Shown here piece by piece: positions 17,673 to 27,091 of a stretch of 64,000 nt of DNA. The position numbers and the translations under genes were made by a program. Origin of the DNA: an uncultured Clostridia bacterium (GTDB taxonomy: Bacteria; Bacillota; Clostridia; Christensenellales; UBA1242); contig CANQUB010000002.1 of assembly GCA_947626955.1 (NCBI GenBank), forward strand, positions 1,505-65,504, in the 5' to 3' direction. Under the pieces are notes generated by a model. That model saw only the letters and a list, made by a program, of their open reading frames with translations. It was not told the origin of the DNA and did no database searches. Every line of letters starts with the position of its first letter. Within the stretch, counting starts at the first letter, position 1.

Positions 17673-19613
17673 ATGGCTAAAAATACTTATGACGCAAAAG
17701 ATATACAGGTGCTAGAAGGGCTGGACGCCGTTAGGCTTCGCCCCGGAATGTATATCGGCACGACCGGTCCAAAGGGCTTGCATCACCTCATTTGGGAAAT
17801 TGTGGACAACGCTATCGACGAGGCTGCAAACAAATATTGCGACCGCATTATTGTAACCCTTAACAAAGACGGCTCGGTGACCGTTGAAGACAACGGCCGC
17901 GGTATACCTGTGGATATGCATCCCGTGCTTAAAAAGAGCGCGGTTGAGGTTGTCTACACCGAGCTTCACGCCGGCGGCAAGTTTAACAACGAAAACTACG
18001 CCTATTCGGGAGGGCTTCACGGCGTTGGTGCGTCGGTTGTAAACGCCCTTTCCAAGTGGTGCAACGTGGTTGTTATGCGTGGTGGCAAGAAATATGAAAT
18101 TCAGTTTGAGACAAAGAAAGTAAATGGCAAGGTTAAGTGCGGGCAGGTAAAAAAGCCACTTACTGAAATTGGCAAAGCCACCACCACCGGAACCATTGTG
18201 ACCTTCATGCCCGACGAAAATGTTTTTGAAACCATAGTTTTTGACTACGACACTATTTCAAAGAGGCTAAAGGAGCTGGCCTTTTTGAACCGCGGGGTGG
18301 AAATTTGCCTTGTGGATGAGCGTGAAGGTGAGGAAAAAATGGGCTTTAAGTCATATAAATATGACGGCGGCCTTAAAGACTTTGTAAAGTACATAAACGA
18401 AGGCAAGAATGTTCTCTATGACGATCCAATTCTTTTTGATGGAGACGAAAACGGCATAAAAATAGAAGTGGCCATCCAGCACACCGACAGCTACGCCGAA
18501 AGCGTGTTCAGCTTTGTAAACAACATTCCAACCACCGAAGGTGGAACCCATGAAGTGGGCTTTAAGTCTGGGCTTACAAGGGTGCTTAACGACCTTGCCC
18601 GAAAGAACGGCACACTTAAAGATAAAGACAACAATCTTATGGGTGAAGACTTTAGGGAAGGGCTGACGGCCGTAATTTCCATAAAGATGAAGAACATCCA
18701 GTTCGAGGGGCAAACCAAGACCAAGCTTGGCAACCCTGAGGCCAAGCCAGCTGTCGAAACAGTTACCGTAAACGGACTTACTAACTACTTTGGTCTTCGC
18801 GGTAGCGGCAAGGTGTTCTCATCCATTCTAGACAAGGCCATCGGGGCTTGCAAGGCCCGTGAGGCCAGCAAAAAAGCCAAGGACATTGTAAGGCAGAAAA
18901 ACAGCATTGAAAACTACACCCTGGTTGGAAAACTTGCCTCTTGCACCGGCCGAAACTATGTCAACAACGAACTCTTTATAGTTGAAGGTGACAGTGCGGG
19001 CGGAAGTGCAAAGCAGGGTCGAGACCGACATTTCCAGGCCATACTTCCGCTAAGAGGAAAGCCACTAAACGCCGAGAAGAAGCGTATTGACCAAGTGCTT
19101 CAAAACGAAGAGATACGAACCATCATCTCGGCTCTTGGAACGGGTATTGGCGAGGACCTTAATCTTGATAACCTAAAGTATCACAAGGTAATTATCTTGG
19201 CCGATGCTGACCAGGACGGCGCCCACATTCGTGCCATCCTTATAACCTTCTTCTTTAGGTACATGAAAGAGCTTATTAACGAGGGCCATCTGTATATCGG
19301 CACCCCGCCACTATACAAGATCTCAAAGCGAGGCAAAGAGGAATATGTCTACTCAGATGCCGAACTGCCTGAGGCCATTGAAAGAATAGGCGGCAAGCCA
19401 TATGACATTCAAAGGTACAAGGGGCTTGGTGAAATGAACCCTGAGCAGCTTTGGACAACCACCATGGATCCAGCCAATCGAACACTGGTACGCGTTACCA
19501 TCGATGATGCAGCCGAGGCCGAAAAGATGATAACCATCTTGATGGGCGACAATATCGAGGCTCGAAAACAATACATTACCGACAACGCCGACTTTAACAA
19601 AAATAACAACTAA
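17673..19613 (+). CDS. parE: type IIA DNA topoisomerase subunit B (GyrB/ParE family; ParE favoured)
   Basis: GHKL ATPase motifs ([31 protein letters not shown]) and Toprim motifs ([24 protein letters not shown]). The ParE call follows the partner A subunit and the [16 protein letters not shown]-terminal region. The B subunit alone is ambiguous. Confidence 0.6.
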   Translation: MAKNTYDAKDIQVLEGLDAVRLRPGMYIGTTGPKGLHHLIWEIVDNAIDEAANKYCDRIIVTLNKDGSVTVEDNGRGIPVDMHPVLKKSAVEVVYTELHAGGKFNNENYAYSGGLHGVGASVVNALSKWCNVVVMRGGKKYEIQFETKKVNGKVKCGQVKKPLTEIGKATTTGTIVTFMPDENVFETIVFDYDTISKRLKELAFLNRGVEICLVDEREGEEKMGFKSYKYDGGLKDFVKYINEGKNVLYDDPILFDGDENGIKIEVAIQHTDSYAESVFSFVNNIPTTEGGTHEVGFKSGLTRVLNDLARKNGTLKDKDNNLMGEDFREGLTAVISIKMKNIQFEGQTKTKLGNPEAKPAVETVTVNGLTNYFGLRGSGKVFSSILDKAIGACKAREASKKAKDIVRQKNSIENYTLVGKLASCTGRNYVNNELFIVEGDSAGGSAKQGRDRHFQAILPLRGKPLNAEKKRIDQVLQNEEIRTIISALGTGIGEDLNLDNLKYHKVIILADADQDGAHIRAILITFFFRYMKELINEGHLYIGTPPLYKISKRGKEEYVYSDAELPEAIERIGGKPYDIQRYKGLGEMNPEQLWTTTMDPANRTLVRVTIDDAAEAEKMITILMGDNIEARKQYITDNADFNKNNN

Positions 19614-19624
19614 GGAAAGAGATA

Positions 19625-22207
19625 ATGGATAAAGATAAAATTGACGGACAAGAAGAACAACTGGACATTGACGCCATAATTGATGGGGCAGGGATTGACG
19701 ACCTTGTCACCGGGGCCACCGAAGAGGAGAAGAAGTCCAACAAGAAAAAGCTCAAAGAGCAGCTTTTGGTTTCGGCTCAACTTGGCAAGAACGTCATCAA
19801 CAAAAACCTGGATGTCATTATGCATGAAAGCATGCTTCCATATTCCGAGCACGTAATTTTGGATCGTGCACTGCCACGCGTTGAAGACGGATTAAAGCCC
19901 GTTCAACGCCGCATCCTGTACACCATGAATGAGCAGGGACTGACCCCCGACAAGCCATATCGTAAATCGGCCAAAGTGGTTGGTGACTGCCTTGGTAAAT
20001 ATCACCCTCATGGCGACACATCGGTCTACGACGCCATGGTCAGGCTGGCGCAAGACTTCAACCTGCGTGCTCCGCTTGTTGACGGACATGGTAACTTTGG
20101 TTCGGTGGACGGCGACAGCGCGGCTGCCATGCGTTACACCGAGGTTAGGATGGCACCGCTGGCTCTTGAAATGCTGCGTGACCTTGAAAAAAATACCGTA
20201 CCTTGGATGTTAAACTATGACGACTCGCTGCAAGAGCCCGTCCTTCTTCCAAGCCGTTTTCCTAACATCTTGGTTAACGGCGCAAGCGGTATTGCCGTCG
20301 GCCTTGCCACAAACATACCGCCACACAACCTTGCCGAGACTATTTCGGGCGCCATTGCCTATATCGACAACCCCGACATTTCGCTTGACGAGATGATGAA
20401 GATTATAAAGGCCCCAGACTTTCCAACCGGCGGCTACATTATTGGTGGGGATGAGCTAAAGCAGGCCTATGAAACAGGAAAGGGCAAGATAGCTATTCGT
20501 GCCAAAATTCACATCGAAGGTGAGGAAGGCGAGAAGAAAAACATTGTCATCACCGAAATTCCATACCAGGTAAACAGGTCTAAGCTCCAACAAAAGATTC
20601 TTGAAGTTCGCGACCAAAAGAAAGAAATTTTGGGCGGAATTACCGAAATTTTGGATGAATCGGACAAGTCGGGCTTTAGAATTGTTCTAAAGATTAAGAA
20701 AGACGCCGACTACAAAAAGATTCTTGACTGCCTGTTTAAATTCACCGACCTGCAGGTGTCATACAGCATAAATATGGTGGCCATTGCCGACGGACGCCCT
20801 CAGCAAATGGGGCTTCTAGACATTTTGGCATACTATGTCAACTTCCAGCGTGAAGTCATCTACAAGCGTACCAAATTCGACCTTGACGCCGCCAAAGAGC
20901 GTCAGCACATCTTGCAAGGGCTAATAATTGCCGTTCGCAACATCGACGAAGTGGTTCGCATCATAAAAACCAGCGAATCTACCACGGTGGCAAAGCAGAG
21001 ACTGCGTGAAAGGTTTACCCTAAGCGACAGGCAAGCTCAGGCCATTTTGGATATGCGCCTTGCAAGGCTTACTAGTCTTGAGGTGTTCAAGCTTGAGCAA
21101 GAGCTTTTGGAGCTTGACCGCAAGATTGCCGAACTCACCAAAGTGCTTGGCAGCAAGAAGTTGCAATTTGAAATTGTCAAAGAGGAGATGGGTGAGGTTA
21201 GAAAACGCTTTAAAGACGGCCGAAAGAGTGACCTCATTTCTAGCTTTGAAGAATACAACATCTCAACAGCCACGGTGGCTGGTGCAAAAGGACCAGTGGA
21301 AAATGTGGTGGTTCAGGCCACTGAGGCCGGCACCATAAAGTGCATGACCGCCCGCCACTACAGCCAGGCCTCAAAAGTATGGAATGAACGTTCATCACTG
21401 AGCGAAATTCCTGTTTGCAGCCTTTCTACCACATCCGACCAAACCATTTTGGCCTTTACCGACAAGGGCAATGCCTACAAAATTACTCCAGACAGCCTGC
21501 CAGACAACAAGTTTAGAGACAACGGCGTGGTATTTACTAAGCTGGTTGCAAGCGCTCAGCCTGACGAAAAAGTTGTTTATTTGATGGAACTTAAAGACAA
21601 CCTTCTAAATGAAAATCTGCTATTCTTTACAAAGCTTGGCATGATCAAAAAGACGGCAGTCAGCGAATATCAGCTGCAGAAGTCGGCATACCAGGCCATC
21701 AAACTCAAAGAGGATGACAGCCTTATTAAAATTGAGGTCGACAGGCCAGACACCACCATACTGTTTGCCACCAAGCTTGGCATGGGCCTGAACGCCGAAA
21801 AGAGCGACATTCCTATTCAGGGCCGCATCTCGGGCGGAGTTAAGGGCATTAACCTTGCTGACGGCGACGAAGTTGTCTTTGTTTCGCAAATTACCAAAGA
21901 GGACAGCGTGCTGCTGGTAACCAACAAGGCCTACGCAAAGAAGGTAAACGTTAACGAAATAGACGTGCTTGCAAGATACCGTAAGGGCGTTAAGATATTT
22001 GACCTCAAAGGCGAAAATTCAAGCGGTAGCAAAGTTTTGGCTGCTGGGCTTGCTAATAAGGAGACCGATGTGGTCACCAAGGCTATAAACGGCGATTTCG
22101 CCACCGTTTCGCAAGAAAATGTGGTTGAAGACACCCGTGCTTCCAAGGGTAAGTGCCTATCTATCGGCGACGCTAAACTTGAAGAAGCTTATGTACGCAA
22201 CCTGTAA
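19625..22207 (+). CDS. parC: type IIA DNA topoisomerase subunit A (ParC-like)
   Basis: Catalytic-Tyr region [19 protein letters not shown] has Gln as in ParC, whereas GyrA normally reads KPVHRR. No QRRGGKG-type GyrA box is present where the C-terminal domain begins ([11 protein letters not shown]). The locus is not next to dnaA/dnaN/recF. Confidence 0.6.
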   Translation: MDKDKIDGQEEQLDIDAIIDGAGIDDLVTGATEEEKKSNKKKLKEQLLVSAQLGKNVINKNLDVIMHESMLPYSEHVILDRALPRVEDGLKPVQRRILYTMNEQGLTPDKPYRKSAKVVGDCLGKYHPHGDTSVYDAMVRLAQDFNLRAPLVDGHGNFGSVDGDSAAAMRYTEVRMAPLALEMLRDLEKNTVPWMLNYDDSLQEPVLLPSRFPNILVNGASGIAVGLATNIPPHNLAETISGAIAYIDNPDISLDEMMKIIKAPDFPTGGYIIGGDELKQAYETGKGKIAIRAKIHIEGEEGEKKNIVITEIPYQVNRSKLQQKILEVRDQKKEILGGITEILDESDKSGFRIVLKIKKDADYKKILDCLFKFTDLQVSYSINMVAIADGRPQQMGLLDILAYYVNFQREVIYKRTKFDLDAAKERQHILQGLIIAVRNIDEVVRIIKTSESTTVAKQRLRERFTLSDRQAQAILDMRLARLTSLEVFKLEQELLELDRKIAELTKVLGSKKLQFEIVKEEMGEVRKRFKDGRKSDLISSFEEYNISTATVAGAKGPVENVVVQATEAGTIKCMTARHYSQASKVWNERSSLSEIPVCSLSTTSDQTILAFTDKGNAYKITPDSLPDNKFRDNGVVFTKLVASAQPDEKVVYLMELKDNLLNENLLFFTKLGMIKKTAVSEYQLQKSAYQAIKLKEDDSLIKIEVDRPDTTILFATKLGMGLNAEKSDIPIQGRISGGVKGINLADGDEVVFVSQITKEDSVLLVTNKAYAKKVNVNEIDVLARYRKGVKIFDLKGENSSGSKVLAAGLANKETDVVTKAINGDFATVSQENVVEDTRASKGKCLSIGDAKLEEAYVRNL

Positions 22208-22213
22208 AATTGT

Positions 22214-22242
22214 TTGACCAAACATATGGCCTTTGCTATACT
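22214..22242 (+). promoter_or_regulatory. candidate sigma-A promoter
   Basis: TTGACC at 22214-22219, a 17-nt spacer, and TATACT at 22237-22242. Confidence 0.5.
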
Positions 22243-22293
22243 ATATTTAATAATTTTAGTCTGTAAGTGAGAAAATAATATAAGGAGAATAGG

Positions 22294-24057
22294 ATGGACC
22301 AAGAAAAGAAGAAAAAAACCAGCCAAAAAGACGCTAGCCGTCCGTCTTCTCCTGCAAGACTTTCGGAGGACTCCATTGAAAAAGCCCGAAAAAGGCTTAA
22401 AGATGAACTTGGGTTAGATGAACCTGAGATTGTCATTGAACCTACCGAAAAGATCGACCCATCCATAGTTAAAGACCAGGGCGAAATTAACGATATAACC
22501 AATATTCTTGAAAGAGACACCACAAGAAAGCTTTTAAAAGCCGAAAAAGCCAAAGAAAAAGAGCGAAAAAGGCAAGAGAAGGCCGAAGCTAAGGCCAAGG
22601 CCAAAGAAGAGGCAAGGCAGAAAAAAGAGGCCGAAAAGCAGGCTAAGGCTGACGAAAAGATACGCCTTGAGGCCGAAAAAGCCGCCAAAGAAGAAGAGCA
22701 AAGGCAGGCCGAAGCTCAGGCCAAAGCCGAGGCCGAAAAGGCCCAGCAGCCAACAGGGGGCAATGTTTCTCATGTTGACGAAGACGAGATTGCCAAACTA
22801 AAGCGTGAGATTGCTCTTGAGCAGGGGCTTATTACGCCTGACGATGTGGCCGAAAGCCAAAGCGAGAAAAAGAGCGAAAAGACCCTTGATGATGTAATTA
22901 ACCCTACCGAAGAAGAGGCCAAAAAGTTGGCCGATGAAGCCAATGAAGACGCCGAAAGGCGGGCAAACGAAGCCAAGCTTCGTGCCGGGGACTACTCAAT
23001 CCCTAAAACCGACGAAAAATTGCAAGAAGATGAGGAGCAAATTCCTGAAAACTTCGACGATAAAAAGCATCATCTTTTTGGCCATGACCATGGCAACCTG
23101 CCACCCGACAAGAGCCTTCCAGACGACATAACCGACGAGGAAATTCAAGAGCTTCTCGAAGATCAGGAAAGGCAGGCCATACTTGCCGAAGAGCAAGAGG
23201 AAGAAGAATCCTATGAAGGCATGACCGAAGAGGAGATTGCCGATGCCAAGGAAAGAAGACGTAAGTTTAACGAACTTAAGCAACGCTACAACTCCAAAGA
23301 GCAAAGCACCGACGGCGAAGTGGGTGACTATAAAAAGAGCCTTGACTTCTCGCTGAACACCTCGGTCAAGAGGTTTAGGTTAAAGCCACCTAAAAAGCCA
23401 TTTATAATAACCGCCATTGTGGTGGCATTTGTAATGCTTGTGTCGGGGCTGACGACCTACTTTATCCTAAATAAGCCACCAGCACCAGTGGTTCTGACCA
23501 GCGTTAAAATTTCTCAGCCGAGCACCACGCAAACAGTTTGGCAGACAGTTGACCTCAGTGGCATATACGTTACCGAAACATATTCAGACGGCAGCACAAA
23601 AAAGGTATTTTTAACCAAAGAAATGATTGTTAGCAAGTCGTCGAACATTTCGGACAACCTCGTTATAACTGCATACCGCAGCGACACCAAGATAACCTTC
23701 GAAGTCAGCGGGAAAACGGTAGAGCTTGTGTTGAATCTCAATGAACGCCGTGTTAGCAGTATCACTGCCGAAGTGTTTGGGCAAAATGTGGCGGGGCAAG
23801 ACATCACCTTTGAAAACATAATAATTTGGGGCAACCTCGAATACTATGTTGGCGACAGAATCTCTCAAAGGGGAGAAAAAATGTGGCTTAAGGACTTTAC
23901 AAATGTAACACTGTCCATCGATGGCACGCAGCTTGTAAAGACCGATAAAGGCTACACCATTCCAGCCGGAATGTCGGGACAAAAGCAGCTTACAATAAGC
24001 TACAAGGCCGACAACAATCGAACACTTACCACAACGGTTAATATAACAATTGTATAA
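22294..24057 (+). CDS. hypothetical single-pass membrane protein: about 370-aa K/E/A-rich charged N-terminal region, TM helix, beta-rich C-terminal ectodomain
   Basis: Low-complexity AEAKAKAKEEARQKKEAEKQAKADEK region, TM helix IITAIVVAFVMLVSGLTTYFIL, and a C-terminal region of about 190 aa with an Ig-like beta pattern. Confidence 0.6.
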   Translation: MDQEKKKKTSQKDASRPSSPARLSEDSIEKARKRLKDELGLDEPEIVIEPTEKIDPSIVKDQGEINDITNILERDTTRKLLKAEKAKEKERKRQEKAEAKAKAKEEARQKKEAEKQAKADEKIRLEAEKAAKEEEQRQAEAQAKAEAEKAQQPTGGNVSHVDEDEIAKLKREIALEQGLITPDDVAESQSEKKSEKTLDDVINPTEEEAKKLADEANEDAERRANEAKLRAGDYSIPKTDEKLQEDEEQIPENFDDKKHHLFGHDHGNLPPDKSLPDDITDEEIQELLEDQERQAILAEEQEEEESYEGMTEEEIADAKERRRKFNELKQRYNSKEQSTDGEVGDYKKSLDFSLNTSVKRFRLKPPKKPFIITAIVVAFVMLVSGLTTYFILNKPPAPVVLTSVKISQPSTTQTVWQTVDLSGIYVTETYSDGSTKKVFLTKEMIVSKSSNISDNLVITAYRSDTKITFEVSGKTVELVLNLNERRVSSITAEVFGQNVAGQDITFENIIIWGNLEYYVGDRISQRGEKMWLKDFTNVTLSIDGTQLVKTDKGYTIPAGMSGQKQLTISYKADNNRTLTTTVNITIV

Positions 24058-24063
24058 AAAATG

Positions 24064-24116
24064 ACCCTCACCATTAGGTTGAGGGTTTTTTTGTCGGCTT
24101 TTTGCCGATTTTTTTT
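24064..24116 (+). terminator. intrinsic terminator (two consecutive hairpins)
   Basis: First hairpin ACCCTCA (24064-24070) / TGAGGGT (24080-24086) plus a T-run. Second hairpin TCGGC (24094-24098) / GCCGA (24104-24108) plus T8. Confidence 0.7.
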
Positions 24117-24175
24117 GCATAAAAAGCCATATAGCCTTCATAACATTTTATAAACAGACCGCCAAAGAGCACTTT

Positions 24176-24205
24176 TTGACAAGATTAGCGATATAAAGCT
24201 ATAAT
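24176..24205 (+). promoter_or_regulatory. candidate sigma-A promoter
   Basis: TTGACA at 24176-24181, an 18-nt spacer, and TATAAT at 24200-24205. Confidence 0.5.
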
Positions 24206-24268
24206 CTCCAAATTTTGGCTTAGTGATAGAAGGCGGAACTATTATAAAATAGGAGAGCTTAAGCAAAT

Positions 24269-25033
24269 ATGAAAATTTCGTGTTTTTCAATCAAGCCGGT
24301 AAAGGTATTTTTGAGCCTGCTACTTGTTTGCGTCACACTGGGGTTTATGGTGCCACTTACTAAGAGCCAGAGCGTATTTTTTGGCTACACCGAAAGGAAA
24401 GTGCCCATCTACCAGGTTGACACAAACGAAAAGAAGGTTGCCTTAACTTTCGATGCGGCGTGGGGAGCTGACAAGACCAGCGACATTGTAAATATTTTAA
24501 AGAGCGAAAATGTTGGCGGAACTTTCTTCTTGGTTGGCTTTTGGAGCGAGAATTATCCCGACAAAATAAAAGAAATTGACGCTGCAGGTCTTGACATTGG
24601 TACTCACTCAAACACCCATCCAAAGATGAGCACACTATCAAAAGAGCAGGTGATAAATGAGCTTGAAACCAGCAAAAACCTTATAACCAACGTTACTGGA
24701 AAGCCGGTCAGGTTCTTTAGACCCCCTTACGGCGACTACAACGACCAACTCATTGTTACGGCTGACAGCTTGAACCTTCAAACCATTCAGTGGAGCGTGG
24801 ATTCACTCGACTGGAAGGGGCTGACTGCCGACCAAATGATGGTGAGAATCAAAAAGGGAGTGAGCAATGGTGCAATCATACTTTTCCACAACAACTCCGA
24901 CCATATTTTGGATGTTTTGCCAGTGGTGATTGCCTATTTGAAGGCCGAAGGCTACAAAATGGTCAACCTCAGCGAGCTGGTGTACGAGACAGGCTACAAG
25001 ATTGACAACAATGGAATACAAAAAAAGATTTAA
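24269..25033 (+). CDS. polysaccharide deacetylase (NodB homology), PdaB-like
   Basis: N-terminal signal/anchor. NodB motifs TFDAAWG (PdaB-type FDxxWG) and HSNTHP, with RPPYG downstream. Confidence 0.8.
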   Translation: MKISCFSIKPVKVFLSLLLVCVTLGFMVPLTKSQSVFFGYTERKVPIYQVDTNEKKVALTFDAAWGADKTSDIVNILKSENVGGTFFLVGFWSENYPDKIKEIDAAGLDIGTHSNTHPKMSTLSKEQVINELETSKNLITNVTGKPVRFFRPPYGDYNDQLIVTADSLNLQTIQWSVDSLDWKGLTADQMMVRIKKGVSNGAIILFHNNSDHILDVLPVVIAYLKAEGYKMVNLSELVYETGYKIDNNGIQKKI

Positions 25034-25047
25034 TAGGAGAAACCTTT

Positions 25048-25722
25048 ATGATAAACTATGAAAAGAACAATGAAGTATTTTTAAGAGGAACAATTGTAAG
25101 CCCAGTGGCCTATTCTCACAGCGTGCTTGGCGAAGGCTTTTATGAATTTACCCTCTCGGTAAAACGACTTTCGGCCGAGGTGGACTATCTTCCAGTCACC
25201 ATCTCGGAGAGGCTGCTGCCCGAAATAAGTGACCAAACAGCCGAAATAGGCATTGTGGGTCAGCTTAGAAGTTACAACAAGATAGAAGAGGAAAAAAGCC
25301 ATCTTATTTTGACCATTTTCACCCGTGAAATTGTCGACCCCGACACGCTGCCGTCCTCTAACCAAATTAACCTTACTGGCTACATTTGCAAAGACCCAAT
25401 CTACCGCACAACTCCGTTTGGCAGGGAGATTACCGACATTTTGGTGGCGGTAAACAGAGCCTATAACAAGAGCGACTATTTGCCATGCATTGCTTGGGGA
25501 CGAAACGCCCGCTTTGCCGGCGACCTTGTGACCGGGGATAAAATTGAGCTTTCGGGCAGGGTGCAGTCACGCCCATACCAAAAAAAGCTGGACGAGAACA
25601 CAGTTGTAACTCGCACAGCCTACGAGGTGTCAATTGCCTCAATAATGAGCGTGGTAGAAGAGGAGAAGCCAAAGGACGTTAGTTTTGCAGGCGAGGACCA
25701 GTCAATCTCGACAACGGCATAA
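25048..25722 (+). CDS. SSB-like protein with two tandem OB-fold halves
   Basis: Internal duplication: residues about 8-95 and about 105-200 share the pattern N.(V/I).L.G...P......G......L.V.R....DYLP....R........I...G.(L/V).S. There is no canonical acidic D-D-I-P-F tip. Confidence 0.55.
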   Translation: MINYEKNNEVFLRGTIVSPVAYSHSVLGEGFYEFTLSVKRLSAEVDYLPVTISERLLPEISDQTAEIGIVGQLRSYNKIEEEKSHLILTIFTREIVDPDTLPSSNQINLTGYICKDPIYRTTPFGREITDILVAVNRAYNKSDYLPCIAWGRNARFAGDLVTGDKIELSGRVQSRPYQKKLDENTVVTRTAYEVSIASIMSVVEEEKPKDVSFAGEDQSISTTA

Positions 25723-25728
25723 AGACAT

Positions 25729-25755
25729 AAAAAAATGGGCAATGCCCATTTTTTT
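25729..25755. terminator. bidirectional intrinsic terminator
   Basis: An A-run, then ATGGGC (25735-25740), loop AAT, GCCCAT (25744-25749), then a T-run. It lies between convergent genes. Confidence 0.65.
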
Positions 25756-27091
25756 ATTGTTTGAAAATAAGATTTTTGTAGTAGGAAATATCCTTGACTT
25801 GTTCCTTTTTAACATTGCCCGAAAAGGTGATGATTACGTTGTTTTCAGGGTTTAAAACCAGGCTGGCAAAGTCTTTAACCTTTTCCACAGTTAAGGCCTT
25901 TATCGAGCGGCGGTTTTGACGCTTTGTGAAGCGTGGCCAGTCATCACCATAGTAGACCTGCTTGTCTATGTAGCTTTGCACACGTGAGACAGCCGACTTT
26001 TTGTGCTTTAGTTCTCGGTCAAGGTGCATTTGGTAGCCGTCTTTATATTTTTTAACATCTTCCTCTGTTATAAAGTCGTCCTTAAGTCTTGCAATGCTGT
26101 CGCCAAGAAGGCCAAATATCTTTTCAATGTTTTGATAGTTTGAGGCCGTAAACACAATGGACAGCGAAGCGTCGGCATTTTTGCAAGTGGTAGTAAAAGT
26201 TACGCTTGGCGAACTATAGACCAACCCGTTGTCTCTAACCAGGTCTCTAAAGCTTCCCACTTTTTCGAGTAAACACTCCTCAATGACGTGCTGCTCCTTG
26301 TTTAGCGGGAATTTTTCAGGATCGGTAGGGTGGAAGCAGATACTAACAGCCACTCTTTCAATCTCTGACTTTTCGTCGGTTTCGACCTGAAGCTTGTCAA
26401 TTGTGTCATATCTTTTGTCGACAGGGAGAATTAGCGATTTTTCGGTAGGAACTTTTAAGTGTGAAATAAAGTATTTGTCGGCAAGCTTTTTGACCCTATA
26501 AAGCCGACGGCTAGACACAACGCAGAGAATAAATTTGTCTGAATAAAAGTGCCTATTTTTAAAGTCTAGCACATCTTGAATGGTGACCGAATCGAGAAAC
26601 TGCTGGTTTCCAATGCTCTTTTGAACAAAGTCGTCCACACCAGAGTATGAATTGTCCATAAACCATAAATGGCGAAGGAGCACACGGTTGTCCAGCCGCA
26701 GTTTTCTTGCGGTGGTGGCCTGTTCTTCGGCAATAATTTTCTTGTGCTTTTCTAGCACTGTTTGGTCGACCTGGCTGTCGAAAAAGGCCTGGCTGATAAT
26801 TTGCCAAATTAGCTGCTCCTTTTTGTTAGACTGATAGGCAATTCCGCCAAGAAAGTTAGGAGAGGTCATGTAGTTTACCTCTTCCATGAGCGATCGTTCG
26901 GTAAAAACTTCCTCACGGGTCTTGGTGCTGGTCTTTTCGGCCAAAGTGTGCTCAACAAAGTGGGGAAGGCCACCTTCTTCGTAGTGGCTGCCGCACAAAA
27001 AGCCAGCCAAAATGGCCGTGACATTTTTCTCGTGTGCACGATTATAAATTAGAGTTGCCCCATTTTTATAATGAATTATTTTTCTTCTCAT
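25754..27091 (-). CDS. M16 (pitrilysin/insulinase) family zinc metallopeptidase
   Basis: Inverted zinc motif HFVEH (LPHFVEHTLAEK) near the N-terminus, in a 445-aa two-lobe-sized protein. No signal peptide. The start forms an ATGA overlap with the upstream gene. Confidence 0.8.
   Translation of the reverse strand: MRRKIIHYKNGATLIYNRAHEKNVTAILAGFLCGSHYEEGGLPHFVEHTLAEKTSTKTREEVFTERSLMEEVNYMTSPNFLGGIAYQSNKKEQLIWQIISQAFFDSQVDQTVLEKHKKIIAEEQATTARKLRLDNRVLLRHLWFMDNSYSGVDDFVQKSIGNQQFLDSVTIQDVLDFKNRHFYSDKFILCVVSSRRLYRVKKLADKYFISHLKVPTEKSLILPVDKRYDTIDKLQVETDEKSEIERVAVSICFHPTDPEKFPLNKEQHVIEECLLEKVGSFRDLVRDNGLVYSSPSVTFTTTCKNADASLSIVFTASNYQNIEKIFGLLGDSIARLKDDFITEEDVKKYKDGYQMHLDRELKHKKSAVSRVQSYIDKQVYYGDDWPRFTKRQNRRSIKALTVEKVKDFASLVLNPENNVIITFSGNVKKEQVKDISYYKNLIFKQ

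Noticed and set aside
17673-22207. Labelling the topoisomerase pair as gyrB/gyrA.
   Set aside because: The A subunit has KPVQRR, no GyrA box and a non-origin context, which favour parE/parC. This stays uncertain until the whole genome is inspected.
22530-22760. Repetitive GCCGAAAAG / GCCAAGGCC stretch as a possible tandem repeat or CRISPR-like array.
   Set aside because: It lies in frame within a long ORF and encodes K/E/A low-complexity helices. It has no regular repeat-spacer periodicity.
23611-24141. 176-aa minus-strand ORF overlapping the end of the 22294-24057 gene and its terminator.
   Set aside because: It is antisense to a well-supported CDS and spans two terminator hairpins. It has no RBS.
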